Part shown: piece by piece, positions 9,021 through 19,046 of the stretch
Layout: every line of letters starts with the position of its first letter
How positions within the stretch are numbered: the stretch's first letter is position 1
DNA from: Saprospiraceae bacterium
GTDB lineage: Bacteria; Bacteroidota; Bacteroidia; Chitinophagales; Saprospiraceae
Length of the DNA stretch: 62,873 bases
Reading direction: 5' to 3'
Assembly: GCA_017996375.1 (NCBI GenBank)
Contig: JAGOHC010000001.1
Span: 1 to 62,873, forward strand
Made by a program: the position numbers and the translations under genes
The notes under the pieces: model-generated
Told to the model about the DNA's origin: nothing
Database searches by the model: none
The model's input: the letters and a program-made list of their open reading frames with translations, nothing else

Positions 9021-11051
9021 CTATTTATCTACTATAGTGACTTTCTGGATGATGTCGCCAATTTCAATGGCATGAACGACCGACATCCCCGCGATTACTT
9101 TTCCAAAAATGGTATAATTGCCATCCAGATGAGGTGTGGCTTGTGTATTAACAAACCACTGCGAACATTCCGTATCGTTACCGGCAGATGCCATACCTAC
9201 CATTCCTTCCTCATAATGCAGGGGCGAAAGTTCGGAGCGAATCGTGTATTCCAAGCTGCCGTACCCATCGCCACGCGGGCATCCGGTTTGAATGACAAAG
9301 TTGGTGACAACCCTATGGAACGTTTTATTGTTAAAAAAATTTGCACGTGCTAATTTGATGAAATTTGCCACCGTACTAGGAGCGGCTTGTTGGAATAACA
9401 GTATAGAAAATTTACCTTTGGTAGTTTGCACCTCTGCAATGGTTGAATCGCCGATAGAGGTAAATACCAACCAATCAATCGGGTGATTATAAGCCGGCGT
9501 TGTTTGCGGGGTATTGATATTTTTAAAATAATTGACTGTTTGTTGGAGTTCGTTAAAGGCTTCAATGTCGCGTGGCAATTGTAACTTCGCCTGTACTGCT
9601 GTTAGTGCGTCTGCAAACAGAGAATCTGCAATGAAAGGTTTGAAGTTTGCCTTATCGTCACGCAATACGGCAGCAGCAGAGGCAATCATGCCTACATCGT
9701 TGGAGTAAATTGCTTCGGCGAAATAGTCGCGCAGTTGCTTTTTGACGGCATTGCTGCTTTCGCGAAATTTGGCAAAAAAATCAGGGTCGGTAGCGATACT
9801 TGCCAAGGCTTCTACACCTGCTGTTCGGATAATTGGAATATTAGACGGATAAGATATTTGTTTGATTATGGGATAATTCCAACCGAAGGCAGCTAAGGTT
9901 TTTATAGTGGCAGCTTGCTCGTAGTAATTTTTCGAAGCAGTCAGACGTGATTTCAATTCATTCGACATTAACTGTTTGTATTCGATGTAGGTATTTGACA
10001 TATATTTCAATGCCGCTTCATAAAGCGAAAGTTGTACCTGCCAATGGCGCGGCTCTTTGGCTTTTGCCCAGTAATCGCCCGATTCTTTAGCTATGCCGTG
10101 TTCGGCAAAGAACCTGCTTGCAGTAGTAGCTACGTGGTAGTTCGCGTTGTTGAGCGCGTTATAAAAAACTGTTTTAACCGTATCGTAAGGGAGGTTCGCT
10201 AAGGCTTTCAGGATATTGCACTGTATTCGATAGTCTTTCTCGTGTTGCAATCGCTCAGTAAGTGGGTTCAGTATAGCTAAGTTTTTTGTTTTGCCAATAG
10301 CCGCCGTTAGTGGTAAGCGTATGGCGTTATCTGGTTCGATTTCTAAAGCACGCATCAACAGATTAGTAATGCTATCCGAACCGAGATTTATATCTTTTGC
10401 ACGTGTAAGATAATGTGCCGCAATTTTTCGCACGCGAGCAGGGTAACGGTTATCCGATACATATTGCAGCATACGGTTGGTGCCTTCTTGTGCTGCGATA
10501 CCTCTGGTGGCGAAGCGATAGATTGCCATAGCTTGCCCCTCAAGCAGCACGGTATCATTTTTGGTGTAGGTGGTTACGCTTGCTATTGCCTTCAGTGCTT
10601 CGGGTGAGGCAGATTTGCCTAAAGCTTCCAGAATAGCTGCGTTGAACTTTTGGGAGGTCATGAGTGAGTCGTTACGCAAAAACGCATCGGTCAATATTTT
10701 TTCTGAAGAACTCGTTTTTTGCTGACCGATGGCATAAGCTGCTGCCAAACGCACACCTTCTATATCGTCTTTAAACATTTTTGCTAATTGCGGTAACGCG
10801 GTTGAATCTTTGAAGGATGCAAAAGCCAAAACTGCACTATAGCGGTAGGTCGGGTTAGGGTCAGTAAAATATTTTAAAAGGCTGTCGCTACTGTGGCGGT
10901 CTTGAAGGTTATGAATGGTTTGTAGGGTTTTGTCTTTAAGGTCAAAATTAAAATCTGTTTGTTGCTCTTGAGTACCCGGCGGAACGCATTGCGAGAGCAC
11001 GATAGTAATATACGCTCCTATTACTAATAATGGTATGTTTTTAAATTTCAT
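9021..11051 (-). CDS. Lipoprotein with a long HEAT/ARM-like repeat region fused to a C-terminal cyclophilin-type peptidyl-prolyl isomerase
   Basis: The N-terminus has a signal peptide and lipobox (ITIVLSQC). About 480 aa of helical repeats follow. The C-terminal 170 aa carry FHRVVTNFVIQTGCPRGDGYGS...GMVGMASAGNDTECSQWFV. Confidence 0.7.
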   Translation of the reverse strand: MKFKNIPLLVIGAYITIVLSQCVPPGTQEQQTDFNFDLKDKTLQTIHNLQDRHSSDSLLKYFTDPNPTYRYSAVLAFASFKDSTALPQLAKMFKDDIEGVRLAAAYAIGQQKTSSSEKILTDAFLRNDSLMTSQKFNAAILEALGKSASPEALKAIASVTTYTKNDTVLLEGQAMAIYRFATRGIAAQEGTNRMLQYVSDNRYPARVRKIAAHYLTRAKDINLGSDSITNLLMRALEIEPDNAIRLPLTAAIGKTKNLAILNPLTERLQHEKDYRIQCNILKALANLPYDTVKTVFYNALNNANYHVATTASRFFAEHGIAKESGDYWAKAKEPRHWQVQLSLYEAALKYMSNTYIEYKQLMSNELKSRLTASKNYYEQAATIKTLAAFGWNYPIIKQISYPSNIPIIRTAGVEALASIATDPDFFAKFRESSNAVKKQLRDYFAEAIYSNDVGMIASAAAVLRDDKANFKPFIADSLFADALTAVQAKLQLPRDIEAFNELQQTVNYFKNINTPQTTPAYNHPIDWLVFTSIGDSTIAEVQTTKGKFSILLFQQAAPSTVANFIKLARANFFNNKTFHRVVTNFVIQTGCPRGDGYGSLEYTIRSELSPLHYEEGMVGMASAGNDTECSQWFVNTQATPHLDGNYTIFGKVIAGMSVVHAIEIGDIIQKVTIVDK

Positions 11052-11095
11052 CGTAGGGAAGCATCTTTAAGTTATAGTTCAAAGTATGGGTGTTA

Positions 11096-11677
11096 TTAGC
11101 TAAAAAGACGTTGTTCTATTATCTCGCACAAGATGTGCCCAATTAGTATATGTGATTCTTGTATGCGGGGTGTTTCGCCGGAAGGCACATTCAACAACAC
11201 GTCGCAGAGGGGTTTCATTTTGCCACCACTTACGCCAGTCATGCCAATGGTTATCATGCCTATGTTGCGCGCTTGCTGTAATGCTCTCACAATATTTGGC
11301 GAGTTGCCAGATGTCGAAATAGCGACTAATACATCACCTGTTCTGCCAGCGGCACGTACCATGCGAGCATACACCTCATCGAAGCTGTAATCATTGGCTA
11401 CGGCTGTCATGTATGACGAATTGACGTGCAAGGCTTCGGCATATAGTGGCTCGCGGTCTTTATAAAATCGCCCCGATAGTTCTGCTGCAATATGTTGGGC
11501 ATCGCCTGCACTACCACCGTTGCCACAAAACAAAACTTTTTTGTCGGCTTTGAAAGCTAAAGTCAATACATCGGCGGCACGCTTGATGGCTGTCAGTAGT
11601 GTTTCTTGTTCCAGTATTTGTTGTTTTACACTAATGCTATTTTGTATAATTTGCTGTATCTGTAGTGTGTCTAACAT
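11096..11677 (-). CDS. gmhA: D-sedoheptulose-7-phosphate isomerase (SIS domain)
   Basis: The start is moved to ATG 11677 (MLDTLQIQQII), which removes an overlap with murF. Motifs are FCGNGGSAGDAQHIAAEL and AISTSGNSPNI. Confidence 0.8.
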   Translation of the reverse strand: MLDTLQIQQIIQNSISVKQQILEQETLLTAIKRAADVLTLAFKADKKVLFCGNGGSAGDAQHIAAELSGRFYKDREPLYAEALHVNSSYMTAVANDYSFDEVYARMVRAAGRTGDVLVAISTSGNSPNIVRALQQARNIGMITIGMTGVSGGKMKPLCDVLLNVPSGETPRIQESHILIGHILCEIIEQRLFS

Positions 11678-11685
11678 AGTATTAA

Positions 11686-12990
11686 TTACGATAATAAGCT
11701 TTCTAATTGTAAACCTCTTGATCCTTTTATCAGAATAGTAACAGGCGTTTTGGTTTGTTGTTGCAACCACCATTTAAGCGTTTCGGCATCGGCGAAATGT
11801 TGTATATTATCGAAGCGTTTGCTGGCTTTTTCAAATGCTGTGCCGATGGTGGCTATTGCATGAAACTGAAATGACTGCGCATACGCCAATACGTCTTCGT
11901 GTTCTTGCGCGCTGTAAATTCCTAACTCGCGCATTTCGCCTAATATGGCTATTTGTGGCGTTGGTGTGTTGGCGAGGTTTTGTAAGGCAGCGCGCATACT
12001 GGATGGATTGGCATTATAGGCATCCAAAATTATTTGCGCCTGCTCGACAGTTAATAGTTGGGAGCGATTATTTGAGGGTTGGTATTGTTCGATAGCAGTT
12101 TTTATTTTCTCCGAAGGTACTTTAAAATATTTTCCTAAAGCAATCGCTGTCATGATGTTGCTGCAGTTATACTCCCCGATGAGTCGCGAGTTTATAATTA
12201 TCTCTTCACCTGAATCAGAAAGGAAGCTTACGCTAACGAAGGGTTGGCTTTGCAAATGTTTTACCTCTATGGGAATATTGTTGATATCTGGCTCGCTGTT
12301 ATAGGTATAAAAAAGTTTTTTGCGATTGGCGGTTGCCAATTCTGTTAAGTAAGGTTCGTCAGCATTGACGAATACCATTCCGTTCTGCTTGGCTAAATAT
12401 CGATAAAGCTCTGCTTTTGCGCGCTTGACTCCTTCGATGCCTCCAAACTCGCCGATGTGTGCCTTCCCAATATTGGTGATAAGCCCGTGCGTAGGTTCTG
12501 CAATTTCGCAGAGCGTGGTAATTTCGTTGATGTGGTTTGCGCCCATTTCTATCACGGCAACTTCGGCATAGTCGGGCATATCCAGCAGCGTAAGCGGTAC
12601 ACCGATGTGGTTATTGAAGTTGCCTTGTGTGGCATGGGTTTCGTAATGCTCTCTCAATACAGCACTCACCAATTCTTTGGTTGTGGTTTTTCCATTGGAT
12701 CCGGTAATAGCGATGATGGGTATATAAAATTGCTTGCGGTGGTGGTTTGCTAACTGCTGTAAGGCTTCGAGTGCATTATCCACTAAAAATGTTTTATCGC
12801 CTTGTGCATACTGTGGGTTATCAATTACGGCACAACTTGCTCCCCGTGCTATGGCTTGTGCAGCGAATAGGTTGCCGTCAGTATTTTCGCCTTGCAGTGC
12901 AAAAAACAGTTGCCTTTTGGTAACTTTGCGGCTGTCCGTAGCAATGCCTTTGGAAGTGCGAAAAATGTCATATAATGCTTCAATATCCAT
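11686..12990 (-). CDS. murF: UDP-N-acetylmuramoyl-tripeptide--D-alanyl-D-alanine ligase
   Basis: The start is moved to ATG 12990 (MDIEALYDIF...DSRKV). The P-loop is ITGSNGKTTTKE. A Mur-ligase central and C-terminal pattern follows (DAYNANPSSM, KGSRG). Confidence 0.85.
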   Translation of the reverse strand: MDIEALYDIFRTSKGIATDSRKVTKRQLFFALQGENTDGNLFAAQAIARGASCAVIDNPQYAQGDKTFLVDNALEALQQLANHHRKQFYIPIIAITGSNGKTTTKELVSAVLREHYETHATQGNFNNHIGVPLTLLDMPDYAEVAVIEMGANHINEITTLCEIAEPTHGLITNIGKAHIGEFGGIEGVKRAKAELYRYLAKQNGMVFVNADEPYLTELATANRKKLFYTYNSEPDINNIPIEVKHLQSQPFVSVSFLSDSGEEIIINSRLIGEYNCSNIMTAIALGKYFKVPSEKIKTAIEQYQPSNNRSQLLTVEQAQIILDAYNANPSSMRAALQNLANTPTPQIAILGEMRELGIYSAQEHEDVLAYAQSFQFHAIATIGTAFEKASKRFDNIQHFADAETLKWWLQQQTKTPVTILIKGSRGLQLESLLS

Positions 12991-13156
12991 ATATTGACTA
13001 ATTAGGCTGCAAAGGTACAAATTGTTGGGTATATTGCGGCGCTTTATACGCTGCGATATTTTGTGTGCGTTTAGTTGAGGAGGTTAATCTTGTCTTCTCA
13101 TCAAGAAAGATATTTTCACCTCCATTTAATTTTTTATTATAATTATCATTTTAAGT

Positions 13157-14203
13157 ATGCGTTTCGTTGATATCCATCGCCGTGTTTCTACATTATTGCG
13201 TGTAACATTTTTGTTTGTCGTTTTAAGTACACTTTCGTGTAACCAAGATAACCCTAAAGCAAATATTCCGGATGTGTCGCATATAGCGGTGCAGCTTGAA
13301 ACCATCCGATTTGACTCCTTGTTATTTCCTGCCGATACCTCAAGAATACCACAAGCCGTGCAAGCAGCTGTAACACAGCATCCGGCTTTTGTAGAAATAT
13401 ATGCAGGGTTGTTGCGCGACAACGAACATTTAAAATTATCCCCCGCAGCATTGCTGACAGACTTTGCCGGAAGCCCGATTATCCGCAAATTGCAGGATAC
13501 CTGTTGGCAAGTGTATGGCGATATTAGCAACATACAAACAGATTTGCAGCAAGCGTTTCGTTATCAGAAATATTACTTTCCACATCGCCCGGTACCGGCA
13601 CTCTATACCTTTATCTCAGAATATACTATGGGCACATTTACATACGGCGATTCCATTTTAGCTATTGGTTTGGATTTTTATTTAGGCGCCGATTATCCAC
13701 AATACGACCCTGTTTCGTTCCCGCATTATATTAAACGGATGATGTCGCGCCCCTATATCGTACCCAAAGCTATTGAAGCCGTTGCCAACAATATTGTAGG
13801 TCAAACGACCAATAAAAATTTATTGGAACACGTAATAGCCAACGGAAAAATATTGTATATAATGAGTAAACTTTTGCCCGAAACACCTGACAGCCTATTG
13901 TTGGGTTATACCCAAAAACAAGTAGATTGGTGTACAAAAAATGAAAAGCAAATGTGGGCATATTTCTTATCCGATAATTTGTTGTACTCTAACAATTATA
14001 CCGATTTCCGAAAGTATATTGACCACAGCCCCAACGCACCAGGTATGCCGCCGGAGGCACCTGGCAGGGTCGGAAACTGGTTGGGCTGGCAAATAATTTC
14101 CGCTTATATGCAACGTTACCCAAACACCACATTGCCTCAGCTACTTGCATTAAGGGATGCACAAAAGTTATTGGAACAATCAAAATATAAACCACGTCGA
14201 TAA
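13157..14203 (+). CDS. gldB: Gliding-motility lipoprotein GldB
   Basis: Lipobox VLSTLSC. The C-terminal signature PGRVGNWLGWQIISAYM...SKYKPRR and the central YYFP...LYTFISE pattern match GldB. Confidence 0.75.
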   Translation: MRFVDIHRRVSTLLRVTFLFVVLSTLSCNQDNPKANIPDVSHIAVQLETIRFDSLLFPADTSRIPQAVQAAVTQHPAFVEIYAGLLRDNEHLKLSPAALLTDFAGSPIIRKLQDTCWQVYGDISNIQTDLQQAFRYQKYYFPHRPVPALYTFISEYTMGTFTYGDSILAIGLDFYLGADYPQYDPVSFPHYIKRMMSRPYIVPKAIEAVANNIVGQTTNKNLLEHVIANGKILYIMSKLLPETPDSLLLGYTQKQVDWCTKNEKQMWAYFLSDNLLYSNNYTDFRKYIDHSPNAPGMPPEAPGRVGNWLGWQIISAYMQRYPNTTLPQLLALRDAQKLLEQSKYKPRR

Positions 14204-14238
14204 TACATTATTTTGTAACGATACCATACATCATTAAA

Positions 14239-15477
14239 ATGAAAAAACGACAATCTATTTATATCATACTGCCTACCATAGCGTTTGTTTGTTGCATAGG
14301 TAATATAACTTTATTAGCACAAAACGATACGACTCATCAAAAAGCAAACACCCCAAAAGTTGAAAAAAAATGGTACGACCAACTCTTCTTGAGAGGTTAT
14401 TTTCAGTTTCGCTATAATCGGTTGTTGGAAACAAATGACCAGTTAAGTTGTGAACAGTGCGATAAGTCGTGGGGGCAAGGTGGCGGCTTTTTTATGCGAC
14501 GCATCCGTTTAGTTTTTTCTGCACAGGTGAGTGAGCGTGTGTTAGTGTATATACAACCCGATTTTGCCAGCAGCCCCGGCAACGACCGCCTCAACTTCGG
14601 GCAACTGCGCGATGCTTATGTGGATATAGGCGTAGATGCTAAAAGTGAATTTCGATTCAGAGTTGGGCAAAGTAAAATTCCTTACGGGTTTGAGAACCTG
14701 CAATCGAGCCAAATGCGATTGCCTTTAGACCGCGCCGATGCTATCAATAGTGCTATTTTGAACGAGCGCGACTTAGGCATTTTATTCTTTTGGGCACCGA
14801 CCGCAAAGCGCAATTTATTTCGCGATTTAGTAAATAAAGGCTTAAAAAGTTCAGGCGATTATGGTATTGCGGGCATAGGCATTTTCAACGGTCAAAATGC
14901 AAATAACCCTGATGCTAACAAAAACACACATATAGTCGGGCGTATCAGCTATCCGTTTTTCATAAAAAAACAAATAGTCGAAATAGGTGTGCAAGGCTAC
15001 ACCGGAAAATATACACTCAATAAAAGTAATTTAAGTACACAAGTGAAATATCGCGAAGACCTGACCTATACTGACCAACGAATAGCCTCCTCCTTTATTC
15101 TGTATCCGCAACCATTCGGCTTGCAAGCCGAATACAACATTGGCGTAGGACCGGAGTTTAATAAAGCAACTGACTCCATAGAAACGAAACCCCTGCGTGG
15201 TGGTTATGTTATGGTAATGCTGTCATGCAACATCAGGCAACAACACTTCATGCCGTTTGTGCGCTACCAATATTACGATGGTGGCAAGAAGCACGAAAAA
15301 GATGCTCGCAGTTACACCATTAATGATGTAGAACTCGGCGTAGAATGGCAACCCACCAAATACCTTGAGCTTGTTGCGACTTATACCATTGCCCGCCGCA
15401 GTTTTGAGGACTCTAGCAAGCCGGATAATTACCAGAAAGGAAGTCTGCTCAGGTTACAGGCACAAATTAGTTTTTAA
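14239..15477 (+). CDS. Outer-membrane porin (phosphate-selective porin O/P-like)
   Basis: The ORF has a signal peptide and alternating beta-strand composition, and it ends in ...RLQAQISF (terminal aromatic residue). The family assignment is by overall resemblance only. Confidence 0.5.
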   Translation: MKKRQSIYIILPTIAFVCCIGNITLLAQNDTTHQKANTPKVEKKWYDQLFLRGYFQFRYNRLLETNDQLSCEQCDKSWGQGGGFFMRRIRLVFSAQVSERVLVYIQPDFASSPGNDRLNFGQLRDAYVDIGVDAKSEFRFRVGQSKIPYGFENLQSSQMRLPLDRADAINSAILNERDLGILFFWAPTAKRNLFRDLVNKGLKSSGDYGIAGIGIFNGQNANNPDANKNTHIVGRISYPFFIKKQIVEIGVQGYTGKYTLNKSNLSTQVKYREDLTYTDQRIASSFILYPQPFGLQAEYNIGVGPEFNKATDSIETKPLRGGYVMVMLSCNIRQQHFMPFVRYQYYDGGKKHEKDARSYTINDVELGVEWQPTKYLELVATYTIARRSFEDSSKPDNYQKGSLLRLQAQISF

Positions 15478-15666
15478 TAATATGTAAAAAACAGTTTCAT
15501 TTTTTTGATAAAATATTTTTATAATTAGTTTATATTCAAAGTTTTATAAAAAATTAAATATAAAATTATTTTGATAAATAGGCTAATTTGTAGTTGCTGA
15601 TATAGTACAAACTTTCATACTTTTATGTTGTGATGATAAAAAATCATTGCATCGCATCCAAATATT

Positions 15667-16812
15667 ATGAAAGCATACATTAAAATATTATCAACCATCC
15701 TAACCTTATTGTGGGTCAGCCAAGTGGTGAGCGCACAACTCATCTACCCGGGAGATACAAATAATAATGGCATCGTAAATAATATTGATGTATTGTATTG
15801 GGGCATCGCCTACGGCGAAACAGGTGCCGCCCGCGATAGTGTATATACCAATCTTAACTTCAGTGGCTATCCTGCACCGGCTGCTTGGAATAATGCGTTT
15901 CCGAATAATTTAAACTATTACTATGCCGATTGCGATGGCAACGGCTTAGTAGCTACCGAAGACCTATTTGCTTTTTATCTAAACTTTGGAGAAACACACG
16001 GCATCATCAACCCTGATGTGTTTACACTAGGGCAGCCCGATGATGTTCCGCTAACATTTTTGAGTACCATTGACACTACTGGCGGCAACGGCGTTTCGCC
16101 GGGAGCATTGGTGGAGTTATCCGTTATGTTAGGGGACGATAACTATCCTGTTAATAACTTTGCTGGCATAGCCTTTACCTTAGATTTTGACACGGCGTTC
16201 ATTCGTAGTGCAGAAGTGCTTTATGATGAGAGCGATGCGTGGCTGAACTTCGACAATACGCTATTTTTTACGAGTTTCCCTTATCCGCTTTTTGGCAATG
16301 CTGCCGTCAGCAATAACAAACAAGTAGCTACTGTACGGCTCGGTGGCAGCCCAATTAGTGGTCATGGTGCAATAGCCAAAACGCGATTCATTATTGAAGA
16401 TGTAGTGATAGGCATAATAGGAGAAACACAAAAAGCGAAAGTGGCTGTTAAGGATATTTATATGATAGATAACCATTTCAACGTTATTCCAGTAAGAGGC
16501 GACTCCATTGAAATCCCCATACTGCCGAATGCTTCAAATATAAACAACCCACAACGGCAAGTACCCATCAGGGTATATCCAACTGTGGTGAAAGATAATA
16601 CGCTGACTATCGAAACGGTTAGCGGCGACAATGCCATACAAGAGGTACGCTTGTGTGATTTTGCGGGGCGAATCGTATGGCAACAAACGGCACTTCAGCA
16701 ATTGCCCATAACTACATGCCGACTTCCAAATAATTTGACAACAGGTTCTTACTGTTTACATATTATCACACGACAAGGCATAGGCAATAAAACGATTGTA
16801 ATACTGAAATAA
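15667..16812 (+). CDS. Secreted T9SS cargo with an N-terminal dockerin-like pair and a cohesin-like domain
   Basis: It has a signal peptide, then two Ca-binding dockerin-like segments (DTNNNGIVNNIDVLYW and DCDGNGLVATEDLFAF). A beta-sandwich segment follows (VELSVMLGDDNYPVNNFAGIAFTLDFD). The C-terminal sorting tail is VYPTVV...GSYCLHIITRQG. Confidence 0.6.
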   Translation: MKAYIKILSTILTLLWVSQVVSAQLIYPGDTNNNGIVNNIDVLYWGIAYGETGAARDSVYTNLNFSGYPAPAAWNNAFPNNLNYYYADCDGNGLVATEDLFAFYLNFGETHGIINPDVFTLGQPDDVPLTFLSTIDTTGGNGVSPGALVELSVMLGDDNYPVNNFAGIAFTLDFDTAFIRSAEVLYDESDAWLNFDNTLFFTSFPYPLFGNAAVSNNKQVATVRLGGSPISGHGAIAKTRFIIEDVVIGIIGETQKAKVAVKDIYMIDNHFNVIPVRGDSIEIPILPNASNINNPQRQVPIRVYPTVVKDNTLTIETVSGDNAIQEVRLCDFAGRIVWQQTALQQLPITTCRLPNNLTTGSYCLHIITRQGIGNKTIVILK

Positions 16813-16893
16813 CTCCCAATAAGCGTATTTAATATATGCTTTAACACAAGGCGTTTTTACAAATACATTGCTTAATTAAATAAAAAAATTATC

Positions 16894-18810
16894 ATGAAAA
16901 GAACATTGATTATAACCATTATGATGTGGTTACTATGTTTTAATGCTAACACATCAGTTGCACAACCTCCCATAGATAGTTGTATCTGTTCGGATATATT
17001 TGCACCCGTCTGTGCAGATACTCCCTTCGGCGTAATAGAATTTGTCAACTCTTGCTTCGCTGAATGTGAAGGGTATTATAACTACTATAATTGTGATGGC
17101 ACAACTCCTGTTGATACACTTTGTGATGGCACCATCAGTGTTATCTCCGTTGATCCACAAGGGTTAGTATATCAACTTCTATTTTCAACTAACGAAACGG
17201 TTCCACCGACAAATTTATTCTGGGATTTTGGGGACGGCACTTCGGATTTTAGCAACAGCTCATCCGTAACGCATACCTATCTACAATCTGGTGTGTATAA
17301 CATCACACTCAATGTCGTTTCGGCAGATGGCTATCAATGCACTTACTACGCTACCGTTATTGTAGGAGGTGGCGGCGACACTACTTGTATCTGTCCAGCT
17401 GTTTATGCTCCCGTATGTGTAGTACTTAACAATAATGATACATTAACCTACTCGAATAGCTGCTTCGCAGAATGCGATGGCTTTTACAATTACTTCAGTT
17501 GTAATGGCGATAGTACAGCCTGTGAGTGCTTTAGTATTATTGGGCCACCAGTTTGTGTTCTAGATTCTTCCGGAAATGTAGTTTTAGAGTTTGCCAATTA
17601 TTGCTATGCGGAATGTGCAGGTTATTACAATTATACAAATTGCCAAAGTTGTTATGCAAGTTTCGGCTACTACCCTACTAGCAATAACTCTCTGACGATA
17701 CAGTTTGAAGATTATACCTATTCTGAGTATAATATTCTAAGTTGGGCATGGGATTTCGGCGATGGCACTACAAGCACCTTGCAAAACCCTACGCACACAT
17801 ATAACCAAGAAGGTAGTTATCTGGTAACCTTAACGACTTACAGCGAATTAGCTAATGGCCTCGACTCTTGTGTGGGCAGCGTAACATACGATGTATATGT
17901 GGGCAACTGGGGCGGCGGCTCACCGGGTGACAGCACCATATTTAGTGGTTGCCAAGCGTTGTTCTATTTTGCTCAAAACGACCCAAGCGATGCCAGCACC
18001 ATTCAATTTATTGATATTTCATATGCTGACGGCAACATTACACAATGGCAGTGGATATTTGGTGACGGCACAGGCAGCAACGAACAATTCCCGATTCATA
18101 CCTATAATAATACTGGTGTGTATAGTGTAACGTTGGTTACTACTTCCATCAATACTACTGCGGGCGATAGCACTACTTGTTTGAGTGCTTACACGATGGA
18201 TGTTTATGTGGATGATAGCGCGTGGTATCCCGATGCTTGTCAGGCATTCTTCTTTCCCATTATCGGAGGCGATTCTACAGGCACCAATCCGCTAGAAGTG
18301 ACGTTCTTCAACTTCTCTATGGGCGATAACAACTATGCTTCGTTCTGGGATTTTGGCGATAACACTACGAGCACCCAAACAAACCCAACACACGTTTATA
18401 ACACAGCGGGTGTTTATACTATAACATTAGCGATTTCATCGCCCAACGGCTGCCAAAGCATCTATTCAATGGAAATTGATTTGGGTACCGGCTTGGTCGG
18501 CAACGGCAACGCATTCAGGGGGTTGTTGTCTTCAACAAAAGATGCAGCACACAACAACCTCGAACAACTTGTGACGTTCCCGAATCCGGTGAACCAGCAA
18601 GTAACATTGCAGTTTAAGGCACAAAAATCCGGTCAAGCGCAACTATACCTGCAATCAGCAGATGGCGCAGTTATCCGTCAAGAGCAACTGAACATTCGGA
18701 ATGGCGATAATCAAACCAATTTAAACGTAGCGAACTTACCACAAGGCATCTATTTTATCCGTATAGTAAGTGACGGAAATTCCGCCACAACTCGTATTAT
18801 AAAAATGTAG
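16894..18810 (+). CDS. Secreted T9SS cargo with three Kazal-like Cys-rich modules and four PKD-like domains
   Basis: There are three copies of C-x-C-x4-PVC-x(10-13)-F/YxNxCxAECxGYYNY. There are four copies of WDFGDGT...THTY...GVYxITL. The sorting tail is FPNPVNQQVTL...GIYFIRIV. Confidence 0.65.
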   Translation: MKRTLIITIMMWLLCFNANTSVAQPPIDSCICSDIFAPVCADTPFGVIEFVNSCFAECEGYYNYYNCDGTTPVDTLCDGTISVISVDPQGLVYQLLFSTNETVPPTNLFWDFGDGTSDFSNSSSVTHTYLQSGVYNITLNVVSADGYQCTYYATVIVGGGGDTTCICPAVYAPVCVVLNNNDTLTYSNSCFAECDGFYNYFSCNGDSTACECFSIIGPPVCVLDSSGNVVLEFANYCYAECAGYYNYTNCQSCYASFGYYPTSNNSLTIQFEDYTYSEYNILSWAWDFGDGTTSTLQNPTHTYNQEGSYLVTLTTYSELANGLDSCVGSVTYDVYVGNWGGGSPGDSTIFSGCQALFYFAQNDPSDASTIQFIDISYADGNITQWQWIFGDGTGSNEQFPIHTYNNTGVYSVTLVTTSINTTAGDSTTCLSAYTMDVYVDDSAWYPDACQAFFFPIIGGDSTGTNPLEVTFFNFSMGDNNYASFWDFGDNTTSTQTNPTHVYNTAGVYTITLAISSPNGCQSIYSMEIDLGTGLVGNGNAFRGLLSSTKDAAHNNLEQLVTFPNPVNQQVTLQFKAQKSGQAQLYLQSADGAVIRQEQLNIRNGDNQTNLNVANLPQGIYFIRIVSDGNSATTRIIKM

Positions 18811-18850
18811 TTTATACGAATCACAAACACTGATGATTGACTCCTTTCTC

Positions 18851-18880
18851 CCCGATACCGCAAAGTGTCGGGTTTTTTTT
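18851..18880 (+). terminator. Intrinsic terminator of the Kazal/PKD gene
   Basis: CCCGATA (18851-18857) pairs with TGTCGGG (18866-18872) and is followed by eight T (18873-18880). Confidence 0.75.
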
Positions 18881-19046
18881 GTGCGCCACAAAACGCTTGG
18901 AGTCGGCATAAAATAGAAACACAACCCATCAAAACGCAGTATGTTGTAAAACTTTTTCAAAAACTTTGAATTGTTTTATAAAAAATTGTATTTTGGTGGG
19001 TAATTTATTTATCTATATCAACAACACAAAAAAATTCTGACGCATC

